This document shows positions 38,692 through 48,868 of a stretch of DNA of 64,000 bases, piece after piece. This DNA comes from Candidatus Moranbacteria bacterium GW2011_GWE2_35_2- (GTDB lineage Bacteria; Patescibacteriota; Minisyncoccia; Moranbacterales; UBA9337). The DNA lies in assembly GCA_000990585.1 (NCBI GenBank), contig LBQD01000002.1:120016-184015 (forward strand), given 5' to 3'. How positions within the stretch are numbered: position 1 is the stretch's first letter; every line of letters starts with the position of its first letter. Both the position numbers and the translations under genes were made by a program. The notes beneath the pieces are model-generated. The model was not told the origin of the DNA and did no database searches. It saw only the letters and a program-made list of their open reading frames with translations.

Positions 38692-39672
38692 TTATTCGTG
38701 ACTAATATTTAGTGTGTTTTTAAATAATTTTTTCGGTGATTTCAAAAGATTTATATCAAATTTCAAAGACGATTCAACTCTAGAACTTGCATTATGAATA
38801 CGAAAAGAAAGAGTCCAATCATTATTCATGGTTACTATTGCTGTTGTTTGACTATCGGTTTTGAAACAAATATCAACAATTTCTGTTGGCAATGGAACTT
38901 TTGGTGTTTTGTATTTTGGAAGAATGTCGTCAAAAGGTAAATTTAATGTTCCATTCAAATTGTAAGCGTGTATTTCTACACTATTTTTGCCCTTAATAAC
39001 TTTGTAAAAATCTTTATTTCCAACAAGGTATGCGACTAGATTAGACGCTACTTTTTTAAAATCTTTTTTGTATAGATTTTTTAGTTCTTTAATAAAGGCT
39101 TTTAAAATTGGAATATAGATTGATGAATGATAATCACCAAGCTCACTCCATTTTTTCTTTGCACCGCTTTCTTTTCTAATTTTTTCTAAATTAGAAAAAA
39201 TAGGTTTTACTGTGTCAAAATATTCTTTTGATGTTTTTATTCCAAGCCACTTTTCACCAAAATCAATATTCGAAGATAGTCGGGAGTGCTTTACTGCATG
39301 ATGATTGTTTTTGGCTGATACTCCAATTTCCCATTTTTGCAATAAACGAATTGCTAAAACATCTCTAACATCGCCTGATTTTCCATGTTGATCTGATAAA
39401 ATTTCAAGTTGCAGAATATCGTCTTTGCCAATATCGTTTGTGAGACGTGGCTCTATATCCATTAAAAAATTAACTGCAAAACTAGCAGTGAGTAGATAAT
39501 CGCTCTTTTCTGTTTCGCTCACATTCTCAAAACAGCCTTTTGCAATTTCAAAAGAAGAATTTTTGATAACTTCAAGATTTGTTTTGTCTTTCAATTTTTC
39601 TTCAAATTGAACAAGCAAAGCATACTCAAAAGATTTTCCAGTTGTCATTTGTCTTGATGCAGTAGTTGTCAT
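38692..39672 (-). CDS. putative type II restriction endonuclease (possibly HaeIII-like family), first gene of the operon
   Basis: Called from its position 2 nt upstream of the C5-MTase and an N-terminal GKSFEYALL motif recalled from GGCC-type endonucleases. The family call is tentative. Confidence 0.4.
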   Translation of the reverse strand: MTTTASRQMTTGKSFEYALLVQFEEKLKDKTNLEVIKNSSFEIAKGCFENVSETEKSDYLLTASFAVNFLMDIEPRLTNDIGKDDILQLEILSDQHGKSGDVRDVLAIRLLQKWEIGVSAKNNHHAVKHSRLSSNIDFGEKWLGIKTSKEYFDTVKPIFSNLEKIRKESGAKKKWSELGDYHSSIYIPILKAFIKELKNLYKKDFKKVASNLVAYLVGNKDFYKVIKGKNSVEIHAYNLNGTLNLPFDDILPKYKTPKVPLPTEIVDICFKTDSQTTAIVTMNNDWTLSFRIHNASSRVESSLKFDINLLKSPKKLFKNTLNISHE

Positions 39673-39746
39673 ATTTTTATTATTACATTTTTCCTCTTAA
39701 AAATAAATCGTTTTCGTAACGGAGTGGAGAAAACACCTTATACCCC

Positions 39747-39802
39747 TCTTTAATTAATGAAAAAGAAATTTGAAAATTTTTTAAAACAATTGGGCAACAG
39801 CC
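39747..39802 (-). promoter_or_regulatory. 57-bp repeat R1 copy B, ~75 nt upstream of the restriction-modification operon start
   Basis: CTCTTTAATTAATGAAAAAGAAATTTGAAAATTTTTTAAAACAATTGGGCAACAGCC. Confidence 0.7.
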
Positions 39803-40135
39803 GTGAATCCGCTGATATGAGAAGTTCCGCGTAAATGAGTCCCCCTTCGCAAATCCGCGCACGATATGAAAAATGGAGCGAAGCGGAATTTTTTATATCT
39901 CGTTATTATGCGAAACTTTAGTTTGTTTTGCGTGTTTTTTGTTTATGTAAAAAGTATAGCATATATTCATTTTCGTGTAATCTGGCGGATATTTTCATAC
40001 TTTTCGGCGTCGTGATGTTGGTTTTTGGTTTTGCGGGAAATAAAAAAGAAAAGGTGGTATAATAAGTGAAGTAAAAAGTTAAATACATGGCGCATAATAG
40101 AAATTTGATGTTTTTTGTTATGTGTTTCATGCATA

Positions 40136-41671
40136 ATGTTTGTGCCATCTCGAGTATTTTCAGCAGCTACAATTGGACTGGATAGTGAAGTGGTCGAGGT
40201 GGAAGTCGACGTTCTTTCTGGTGGACTGCATCAATTTACGATTGTCGGATTGGCGGATACTTCTATTAAAGAATCGCGCGATCGCGTTTCCAGCGCCATC
40301 AAAAATAGCGGATTCAAGCCGCCTCATCAGTGTGGAAGAATCACAGTTAATCTTGCTCCCGCTGATCTTCCAAAAATCAGTCCGATTTATGATCTTCCTA
40401 TTGCTATCGGTTTTTTGACGGCGACAAATCAGTTGGATTTTGATTTTTCCAAGAAAATATTTGCCGGAGAGTTGGCTCTTGATGGAAAAGTGCGCGCGGT
40501 GCAGGGAATTTTGCCGATCGCTCTTATGGCAAAGGAAAAAGGATTTGAGGAAATTTATATTCCTAATGAAAATGCCAGGGAGGCGAGCGTGGTAAAAGGA
40601 ATAAAAATTATCCCTATCGGTAGTCTTTTTCAAATTTCCAATCATTTGATAGGAGATGAAATTGTGAGCGAATTTCCTCCGGCTGAAATTGAAGATTTGT
40701 TTTTAGATTACAAAAGTGAATATGATATGGCGGATGTCAAAGGGCAACAGCAAGCCAAACGGGCATTGGAAATTGCCGCTGCTGGAGGGCATAATATTAT
40801 TCTTAATGGTCCTCCGGGATCGGGAAAAAGTATGTTGGCAAAAACTATGGTTTCAATTTTACCGCGACTCACAATGAAAGAGGCGCTTGAGGCGACAAAA
40901 ATATTTTCTATTTCCGGAAAATTGAGCAAGAATAATCCGTTGGTTTTGGAGCGACCGTTTCGATCTCCCCATCACAGCGCCAGCGCCGTTTCTTTGGTGG
41001 GTGGCGGGACATATCCCAGACCCGGGGAAATCAGTCTTTCTCATCGCGGAGTTTTGTTTTTGGATGAGTTTGCCGAATTTCCGAAAAACGTTATGGAAAG
41101 TTTGCGTCAGCCGTTGGAAGATGGGGTGATTACGGTATCGCGCGCCAGAGGAACACTGCAATTTCCGGCACAGTTTATTTTAGTAGCGGCAATGAACCCG
41201 TGTCCTTGCGGAAACGCGACCGATCCGGGCAAGCTTTGTTCTTGTACGCCAGCACAGATATCGAAATATCAAAGAAAAATATCCGGTCCAATTTTGGATC
41301 GTATTGATTTGCAAATTGAAGTTCCGCGTCTTGATTTTGATAAATTGGATAGTGAAATCAAGGGAGAATCGAGCGTTTCTATCCGAAAAAAAGTTGAAAG
41401 CGCGCGAAAAATTCAAGCCGATAGATTTTCAAATCTTCCAATTATTACTAATAGTGAAATGGGAGCCAAGCAAGTCAGGAAATTTTGTGTTTTGGATGAT
41501 GAGTGCAAGAGTCTTTTGCGATCGGCAGTTTCTTCGATGGGACTTTCTGCTCGGTCGTATTTTCGCTTGATTAAAATTGCGCGAACTATTGCCGATTTGG
41601 ACGGTATTGATGATATAAAAAAAGGGCATATAGCTGAAGCAGTACAATATCGTTTTAAAACGGATTTGTAA
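40136..41671 (+). CDS. comM: YifB/ComM family Mg-chelatase-like AAA+ ATPase
   Basis: Walker A LNGPPGSGKSML, ChlI motifs and a C-terminal HTH. An extended -10 TGgTATAAT lies upstream. Confidence 0.9.
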   Translation: MFVPSRVFSAATIGLDSEVVEVEVDVLSGGLHQFTIVGLADTSIKESRDRVSSAIKNSGFKPPHQCGRITVNLAPADLPKISPIYDLPIAIGFLTATNQLDFDFSKKIFAGELALDGKVRAVQGILPIALMAKEKGFEEIYIPNENAREASVVKGIKIIPIGSLFQISNHLIGDEIVSEFPPAEIEDLFLDYKSEYDMADVKGQQQAKRALEIAAAGGHNIILNGPPGSGKSMLAKTMVSILPRLTMKEALEATKIFSISGKLSKNNPLVLERPFRSPHHSASAVSLVGGGTYPRPGEISLSHRGVLFLDEFAEFPKNVMESLRQPLEDGVITVSRARGTLQFPAQFILVAAMNPCPCGNATDPGKLCSCTPAQISKYQRKISGPILDRIDLQIEVPRLDFDKLDSEIKGESSVSIRKKVESARKIQADRFSNLPIITNSEMGAKQVRKFCVLDDECKSLLRSAVSSMGLSARSYFRLIKIARTIADLDGIDDIKKGHIAEAVQYRFKTDL

Positions 41672-41675
41672 AAAT

Positions 41676-42659
41676 ATGAAATCAAAAAGTAAATTTAAAA
41701 TTATTATAGTAGTAGGAATGCTTCTGGGTGTGGTTTTTGGCGCTAAAGCTTTTTTTTCTGAGGGAGAACTGATACAGGGAAGCATTGAAAGTGAAAAAAA
41801 AGTCATTTGCGATGATGATGGAATGGTTTTTGAAGTGCGGACGAAAGCCAAATTTGTCAAGGATTTTTTAGATGAACAGAAAATCGAAATCGGAAAAAAA
41901 GATTATATATCAATGCCGGAAGATGCTGTTTTGTACTCCAACTCTATAATTTCCATTTTACGTTCCAAAAAAATAACTGTTTTCGATGGTGATATTAAAA
42001 AAGAATATGAAACTTTTTTTTCGGATATGCAAAATTTTTTTTGGAGTAATAACATCAAATTGGCTGAATTTGATATTGTTGATCCTGAAATTTCAACTCC
42101 GATTTACAACAAGATGGAAATTGAAATAATCAGAGTGGAAATTCGAGAAGAAGTAAAAAATGAACAGATAAAATTTAAAACAGTTAGCGAGGATGATAGC
42201 GATATGGGGTGGAGAGAAGAAAAGGTTATACAGAAGGGAGAAAATGGGACAAAAAAAATCGAATATGAAGTGGTTTATTACAATGACAAAGAAATTTCTC
42301 GTAAAATTAAAAATAGTGAAATTATTAAAGAACCGACTGAAAAAATTATTAAAAAAGGAACTTATGTGAAAATCGGGAAAGCGCACAAAGGTTTGGCGAG
42401 TTGGTATGCTCAGCCAAGTCACTTGAAATCAGCTTTCCCGTCTCTTACCGGATACTACGCAGCTAATCCTTGGCTTCCCAAAGGAAGTTATGTTAAAGTA
42501 ACAAATAAAAATAGCGGAGATTCGATAATTGCTAGAATTAATGACAGAGGACCGTTTGGTCCGGGAAGAATAATTGATCTGGATAAGACGGCATTTTCCG
42601 CAATTGCTTCGCTCGGAGCCGGAGTAGTGGATGTTAAGATGGAAGAAATACTGAATTAA
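41676..42659 (+). CDS. RlpA-like (DPBB / 3D domain) protein with a G5 domain and N-terminal TM anchor
   Basis: C-terminal LASWY...GSYVKVTNKNSGDSIIARINDRGPF motif. Confidence 0.75.
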   Translation: MKSKSKFKIIIVVGMLLGVVFGAKAFFSEGELIQGSIESEKKVICDDDGMVFEVRTKAKFVKDFLDEQKIEIGKKDYISMPEDAVLYSNSIISILRSKKITVFDGDIKKEYETFFSDMQNFFWSNNIKLAEFDIVDPEISTPIYNKMEIEIIRVEIREEVKNEQIKFKTVSEDDSDMGWREEKVIQKGENGTKKIEYEVVYYNDKEISRKIKNSEIIKEPTEKIIKKGTYVKIGKAHKGLASWYAQPSHLKSAFPSLTGYYAANPWLPKGSYVKVTNKNSGDSIIARINDRGPFGPGRIIDLDKTAFSAIASLGAGVVDVKMEEILN

Positions 42660-42823
42660 TTTAAGACCTGTGCATTTGGATAATTTTCGTATGGTTTTCC
42701 AGAAAAATATTTTTTTCTCCGGTCCTTTCGAGGGACACGGACAGCTACGAAAAAAACATTTTTCCGGAAAACCGAAAGTTTTGTTATTCAATCAGGTGAG
42801 TCTTGTATATTAATTTAAAAATT

Positions 42824-43699
42824 ATGCCAGTTAAGCTCGGTCAAAATTTTTTAAAGGATGAGAATGTTGTGGAAAAAATTATTAAAGCGGCAGACTTGAA
42901 AAGTGATGACGTGGTTTTGGAAGTGGGACCAGGGAAAGGAGTGTTGACTAATGAATTAGCCAAATTTTCCAATCGAGTGATTGCAGTGGAGAAGGATGAA
43001 GAATTGGTGAAAATGACAGCTGGCAATTTTCAATTTTCAATTTTTCCTCCAAAGGCGGACCAGCCCGGGGCTGGCAATTTTCAATCAATTTCCAATGATT
43101 TAAGTTTAAATTTTAAAAATAATGTTGTCATCATTTCAGGTGATATCCTGGAAATAAATCTGGATAAATTGCTAGAAGCTAATAATGTTGTAAACTACAA
43201 GGTGGTTGCCAATATTCCATATTACATCACTTCAAAAATTATCCGTTTGTTTTTGGAAAGTGAAAATCCGCCGAGTGAGATGATTTTGATGGTGCAAAAA
43301 GAAGTAGCAGAGCGGATTGTGGCAAATCCGGGACAAATGAGCATTTTGGCGGTGAGTGTGCAATATTATGCCAAAGCCGAGTATCTTTTTACGGTCGGAA
43401 GGGAGTCGTTTGATCCGGCGCCGGAAGTGGATAGCGCGGTTATAAAAATTTCAGGAATCAGGAATCAGGAAGCAGGAAGCAGGAATAATGAAGAGGTAAA
43501 AAAGTTTTTTCGGATTGTGAAAGCGGGGTTTTCCGCCAAGAGAAAAACGTTGGCCAACAATCTTTCCAATAGTTTGCATAAAGATAAAAAAGAAATCGAA
43601 AGCATACTTTCGCAATTGGGATTTCTTTCAACAGTCCGGGCGCAGGAACTTTCAGTGGAAGATTGGAAAAAGCTTTCCAATATATTTAATATTGGATAA
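42824..43699 (+). CDS. rsmA: 16S rRNA (adenine1518/1519-N6)-dimethyltransferase
   Basis: LGQNFL, VLEVGPGKGVLT and NIPYYITS motifs. There is a ~50 aa insert (FQFSIFPPKADQPGAGNFQ...) relative to typical KsgA. Confidence 0.85.
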   Translation: MPVKLGQNFLKDENVVEKIIKAADLKSDDVVLEVGPGKGVLTNELAKFSNRVIAVEKDEELVKMTAGNFQFSIFPPKADQPGAGNFQSISNDLSLNFKNNVVIISGDILEINLDKLLEANNVVNYKVVANIPYYITSKIIRLFLESENPPSEMILMVQKEVAERIVANPGQMSILAVSVQYYAKAEYLFTVGRESFDPAPEVDSAVIKISGIRNQEAGSRNNEEVKKFFRIVKAGFSAKRKTLANNLSNSLHKDKKEIESILSQLGFLSTVRAQELSVEDWKKLSNIFNIG

Positions 43700-45329
43700 A
43701 AATAATTTTTATCAATATTGCTCCGTAAAAAATCAAAGGAGCCATTATCCACCAGGGGAGGTTGCGGTGGGTTATTTTTTTTGTGCTATCTGGTGAAGAA
43801 TAGTTCACAATCCAAAAAGAAATTCCGCCAAACAAAATTGCCCACCAAAACAAACGCGATTCATTGAGAAGGAAAACACTTGAGATATAGGAAATCAAAA
43901 TTCCGCTTCCAACAACAATTTTTCCCCAATATTCTCCAAAAACAACCGGAATTGTAAAAACCCCGTCATTTCTGTCTCCCTCGATATCTTTGAAATCTTT
44001 AATTGGCAGAGAAAGCGTGAAAGAAATTAAAAGCAGCCAGATTATTTCCGATGGAAGGCGAGAAATGTTTTGTTCGGGGGCAACCAGAATAAATCCGGAA
44101 AATAAAATTATAAGCGAAGCTAGCGCGCTTACAGCGGTGGAAATGAAAGCAAAACGCTTGAGGCGCAAAGGAAAAGCGGAATACATCCATGCAATAGCTT
44201 GGTAAGCAATCAGAAGAAGGGCAATCTTAAAGTCGATAATCGCGGAAAAAAATATAGAAACAATAAAAAGAGTAATTCCAATAGATAGATATTGTTGCAA
44301 AGAAAAGATGCCTTTTGCAAGTGGACGATTTGAATTTGAGATGGTATCAATTTTTTGATCGAAAACATCATTAAAAACAACTGAAGCCGTCCATGCAAAC
44401 GATATCGAAAGTAAAAGTAGAATCAGAGAAAAAATATTGAAAAAAGAAAAAAACAGAATCGGTTTTGTAAAAATAATTCCCAAACCTATTCCGAAAATAA
44501 ACAATCCCGAATGGTAAAATATTTGTGGTAGGCGAACGTTATGCAAAAAAGACACAAGTTTATGTTTGTTTGTGTGAAAATAGAATATGAAAATGATGAT
44601 AAACAACAGGAGTGAATATATAATACTCATTTTTATATTCAAGGCGTCGATCAGTTCGGTGTTGTTGGTCGAGAAAATATTTGCCGGAGTCAAAAACATT
44701 TGAGCAATATCGGTAGAATTTATATCGGTAAATCCTCGTATCCAGCCTCGTGTTGCGATTGTAATCCATGAAGGAAAAGTTCCGAGAATAAAAAAAGCCA
44801 TATAGGAAGATAGGGTTAGCAAAAAGGATTTCAGTATTTTTTTAGTTTTAGTAAAGCTGTAAATAAAAATAAAAAATAGCGAAAGGGCCACTTCGATTCT
44901 GACTCCATAGGTAATTCCCATTTGAGGATTGTCGCCGAAAAAAGTGAAAAATCTTTGCGTCATCCCATATAGGCTGTCAAAAATATAGAAACTCCAAAAA
45001 CCTTGCCCATTGGAAATTACATAATCTATTGTTGGAGGAGTTAATAGTATTAAGAATCCCCATGATAAAACATTAGCTATTTTTTTAATTTCAATTGGAA
45101 TAAATATTTTTATTATCCAAATAAATATTAAAAAGGAAGTCAAAAAAAACAAAAAAGTGTGCGTGAATTCGAAAAACAAAAAATTTCCAGAAGCACTGGA
45201 GAATCCGTGTAAAAAAGCTTCCGTGAAAAGACGAAGAATAATTAAAGAGAAGAAAAAAACAGAAAAGCTTGACATGCTTATTTGCGTGTTCTCAATGCTG
45301 GTTATTATCTTTTCGACTTGTTTTAGCAT
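43686..45329 (-). CDS. polytopic membrane protein: N-terminal unknown TM domain fused to a UbiA-family prenyltransferase domain
   Basis: NDVFDQKID gives the NDxxDxxxD motif at ~aa 300, followed by PLAKG. There are more than 12 TM segments. Confidence 0.65.
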   Translation of the reverse strand: MLKQVEKIITSIENTQISMSSFSVFFFSLIILRLFTEAFLHGFSSASGNFLFFEFTHTFLFFLTSFLIFIWIIKIFIPIEIKKIANVLSWGFLILLTPPTIDYVISNGQGFWSFYIFDSLYGMTQRFFTFFGDNPQMGITYGVRIEVALSLFFIFIYSFTKTKKILKSFLLTLSSYMAFFILGTFPSWITIATRGWIRGFTDINSTDIAQMFLTPANIFSTNNTELIDALNIKMSIIYSLLLFIIIFIFYFHTNKHKLVSFLHNVRLPQIFYHSGLFIFGIGLGIIFTKPILFFSFFNIFSLILLLLSISFAWTASVVFNDVFDQKIDTISNSNRPLAKGIFSLQQYLSIGITLFIVSIFFSAIIDFKIALLLIAYQAIAWMYSAFPLRLKRFAFISTAVSALASLIILFSGFILVAPEQNISRLPSEIIWLLLISFTLSLPIKDFKDIEGDRNDGVFTIPVVFGEYWGKIVVGSGILISYISSVFLLNESRLFWWAILFGGISFWIVNYSSPDSTKKITHRNLPWWIMAPLIFYGAILIKIIFIQY

Positions 45330-45488
45330 ATTTTTTTTAAAACTAGCATTTATTCTTGTATATGTCTAGAAATATAATTTTTTTTATGGTATAATTTTAG
45401 GTATGGAATATGCGGTTTGCGTATATTTTGAATAGTGTTAAAATAATAATAAATTGTGCGATAGTGCCATTTATAAAATAAAATAAAA

Positions 45489-46478
45489 ATGAAATCCAGA
45501 AGTATTCTCTTGCCATTATTTGTATTTTTAGTTATTGTTTTTTCAAGTTTTTCATTTTTTGTTTTTGCGGATGATAACAAAAATGAAAAAAGCGTTCTTT
45601 TAGATTCGGATCAGGATGGTCTTAGCGATCAAGAAGAGAAATCTTATGGAACTGATCCTAATAATGCTGATACTGACGGAGATGGTTATTCTGACGGAGT
45701 GGAATTGAGAGGCGGATATGATCCGCTTAAACCCGCTCCCGGAGATAAAATCATAAATAACAGTGATAGTGTTGTTATGGCGGAAGGCGTGGGCGGAGAG
45801 CAGGATCTTTCAGAAGATGAAAATCTAACCAATGAATTGTCAAAAAATGTTGCCAATTTGATTTCTGATGCAAAGTTGAGCGGTGAAGATTTGAGCTTGG
45901 CGGATATTGATGAACTGGTTAATACTACTTTAACTTCCAAAGTATCATTTGAAGATCTTCCTAATGTGAATGAGGATGAAATTAAAATAAAAAAACAGAA
46001 TTACAGCAAGCTGGATGAGGATGAGCGAAAAGAAAAAGAGAATGAGGATACGCTGGAATACTTGACAGCTGTTTCTTATTTGGCGTTGGATAGTTTTCCT
46101 TATAAAATTTCAGAAGAAAAAGATTTAGAGAAATTTTCCCTTGATTTTGTTTCTCAATTTTCTCTTTTTCTTTCCGCTTCTTCCGATAGCGAGGAATATT
46201 TTAGTGGTCTGGCGGAAAAAGGCGAAGATTTTTTGGATGCTTTGAAAGAAATAGAAGTTCCCGAAAATTTACTAGAAAATCATATTCAGGGAATGCAATT
46301 GGCAAATTATGTTATTTCTATGAAAGGAGAGATGACGATTGATCAAACTGATCCGATATCTTCACTTGTCCAGTTGTCAAAAATTCAAGGGTTGATTACT
46401 CTAACGGAAGAATATGTTCAAGAAATGCATCTTTTATTTATAACCGCGGGGATATCTGAAATTCCTATAGAATTGTAA
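45489..46478 (+). CDS. secreted protein with thrombospondin-type-3-like Ca-binding Asp repeats
   Basis: Signal peptide followed by DSDQDGLSDQEE...DTDGDGYSDGVE. Confidence 0.6.
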   Translation: MKSRSILLPLFVFLVIVFSSFSFFVFADDNKNEKSVLLDSDQDGLSDQEEKSYGTDPNNADTDGDGYSDGVELRGGYDPLKPAPGDKIINNSDSVVMAEGVGGEQDLSEDENLTNELSKNVANLISDAKLSGEDLSLADIDELVNTTLTSKVSFEDLPNVNEDEIKIKKQNYSKLDEDERKEKENEDTLEYLTAVSYLALDSFPYKISEEKDLEKFSLDFVSQFSLFLSASSDSEEYFSGLAEKGEDFLDALKEIEVPENLLENHIQGMQLANYVISMKGEMTIDQTDPISSLVQLSKIQGLITLTEEYVQEMHLLFITAGISEIPIEL

Positions 46479-46489
46479 AATAAAAATAA

Positions 46490-47392
46490 ATGAATAAATA
46501 TAGAAAAATAAAAACAACTACCTTTTTTCTTCTTATATTTTTTTTCGGTATTTTCGGAGGAAAGTCAGCCAGAGCTGCTTGGTGGGGTGAGAATTTTGCC
46601 GCTAATGGCGTGCAGATTATGATAGAGGAGTTGAAAAAACAAATCAAGGATATGGGTCTGGGAGCGGGAAAACAAGCAGCTGCTGAAATGGTTATTGATC
46701 AAGTTGATTCAATATTGTCAGGATCTTCCGGCAGTGGATCGTTGATAATTCAAGATTGGGATGAGTATCTTTTTGAAGCCTCTACGGATAATACTAATTT
46801 ATATGTAAACGACCTGATTTCTGCGAGTATGGGGGGGAAAAATTCAAATCTCAATTATATTCCGGCAGGAGGAGATTTTAATTATTCCCATTATTTGGCA
46901 GAATATACTAAAAAGCAGTTGGGTGGCGGCGGATCGATAAAGAAAAATTCTTTTATTGAAGAGATTATCGGAGATCCGACTGTTCCTATGACCGGTACTG
47001 CCGGTTGGCGGCGGTTTAGCGCTCTTCAAGAGAGTAATCCTATAGGCAACACTTTGAAAATTCAGTCTGCGATGATGGAAAAGCAAAGACAAGAAGAAAA
47101 AAAAGCGGAAATAAAAGCGATTATTGGAGGAGGATATAAGGGTATTGAAAGTGGAGGGCAGACAATTACTCCCGGATCAACAGTAAAATCTCTCAAAGAT
47201 CAGAGTCAGGCAATGAGTTTCAATATTATTTCTTCTGCAAACAGTATTCCTGAAGTGATTACTTCGGTTATGTCAAGGGTTGTTTTGCAGACGTTTCAAA
47301 AAGGCGTCGGTTCAGCGCGAAGTAATATAAATAAAGAAGAAAATAGCACTCCTCAAACTCCAAAACCGTGGATTAATCCAAATAGCTATTAG
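46490..47392 (+). CDS. secreted hypothetical protein
   Basis: Signal peptide and Gly/Ser-rich stretches. Confidence 0.5.
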   Translation: MNKYRKIKTTTFFLLIFFFGIFGGKSARAAWWGENFAANGVQIMIEELKKQIKDMGLGAGKQAAAEMVIDQVDSILSGSSGSGSLIIQDWDEYLFEASTDNTNLYVNDLISASMGGKNSNLNYIPAGGDFNYSHYLAEYTKKQLGGGGSIKKNSFIEEIIGDPTVPMTGTAGWRRFSALQESNPIGNTLKIQSAMMEKQRQEEKKAEIKAIIGGGYKGIESGGQTITPGSTVKSLKDQSQAMSFNIISSANSIPEVITSVMSRVVLQTFQKGVGSARSNINKEENSTPQTPKPWINPNSY

Positions 47393-47479
47393 AAAAATTC
47401 AATTTTTTCAATATTAAAAACAAGCTTTCTAAGGTTTGTTTTTTTAAATAGATAAATATTCTAAGCTTATAAGTCTTAA

Positions 47480-48682
47480 TTATTTTATTTTTATAATTTC
47501 CATTTCTTTTAAAGCAGATATTATATATTTTGATACGGAGAGATTTTTTTCAATATCTTTTATTTGAAATAAATTAGCACGGGTTTCCGGATGCTTAGGA
47601 ATAAAACGCGTACAACAATCTTGGTGAGGAAGAATAGATGTTTCGAATGTGTCAATTTCTTGTGCTTTGGTGATAATTTCTTCTTTGTCGAATCCAATCA
47701 ATGGTCGTAAAATTGTAATTTGCACTGATTCATTGGTGGCGTTGATATTTTCCAATGTTTGAGAAGCTACTTGAGCGACTGATTCTCCCGTATAGAGCGC
47801 CAAATACTTTTCTTTTTTTGCTAAAGATTCGGCTATCTGAAACATTAGGCGACGATAAAAAATTACACGCAGTTTTTCCGGAACATTCAACAAAATTTCT
47901 TTTTGTATTTCTCCGAATGGTATCATAAATATTTTTGAATTGAGTTGGAATTTTCCTATTATCTTTGCCAATTGTTTGACTTTTTCGACGGATGCCGGAG
48001 AAACAAACGGCATAGAATGAAAATGAATAAAGTCAATTTTGACTCCACGCTTAATTGCGTAGTAGGCAGCAACCGGAGAATCGATTCCTCCGGAAAGAAG
48101 CGCGAGGGCTTTACCGCTTACCCCCTGAGGCATTCCACTCGCGCCTTTGATTTTTTCAAAATATATGAATGAATATTTTTCGGTTATTTCCACGAAACAA
48201 TTAAGATTTGGATTTTTCAGGCACACTTTTATTTTCGGTATTTTTTTTTCCAATTTTGAAAAAAGATAGCCGCCTATTCGTTGGTTTATTTGCTCTGATG
48301 TGAGTGGAATATTTTTATCGCTGCGGCGGGCGCTTATGCGAAAAGTTTTTATTTTTCCAGCCAATTTATTGGTTTGTATTATTTTCCAAATGTTTTTTTC
48401 AATTTCTTTCAAATCGCGGGAAAGTTTCCACGCAAAGGAAAAATTGGCAATTCCGAATACATTCATTAGGGAGTTTGTTATTTTCTTTTGTGTTGCGGCA
48501 TCTATTATTTTTGAAGATGAAATCATAATTCTTCCAAAAAGTCTTTCAGTTTTGAATTCTATTTGTGGAAAGTCTCTTTGTAGAAATTTTCCAATATTTC
48601 GCGTCAAAAAATTTTCGAAAAATTTTCGATTTCCACTTTTGAGAGCGATTTCATTGTAATGGATGATAATACATTGGTTCAT
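47480..48682 (-). CDS. thiI: tRNA 4-thiouridine(8) synthase
   Basis: THUMP-like N-terminus and PP-loop LLSGGIDSPVAA. Confidence 0.85.
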   Translation of the reverse strand: MNQCIIIHYNEIALKSGNRKFFENFLTRNIGKFLQRDFPQIEFKTERLFGRIMISSSKIIDAATQKKITNSLMNVFGIANFSFAWKLSRDLKEIEKNIWKIIQTNKLAGKIKTFRISARRSDKNIPLTSEQINQRIGGYLFSKLEKKIPKIKVCLKNPNLNCFVEITEKYSFIYFEKIKGASGMPQGVSGKALALLSGGIDSPVAAYYAIKRGVKIDFIHFHSMPFVSPASVEKVKQLAKIIGKFQLNSKIFMIPFGEIQKEILLNVPEKLRVIFYRRLMFQIAESLAKKEKYLALYTGESVAQVASQTLENINATNESVQITILRPLIGFDKEEIITKAQEIDTFETSILPHQDCCTRFIPKHPETRANLFQIKDIEKNLSVSKYIISALKEMEIIKIK

Positions 48683-48868
48683 ATTATTTCAGATTAGGTA
48701 AAAAATGATAAAATGTCAATTTTTATATCAGGATTAGAAATTTTAATGGATATGGTAAAATAATAATATTAATAAATATAAATTATATTTATGATTTGAT
48801 AGTCTATCTGAGAGAAAGAAAATAATTTTAAAAAGGTAGTAAAAAGCGTAATCATTAATCATAAAAAA

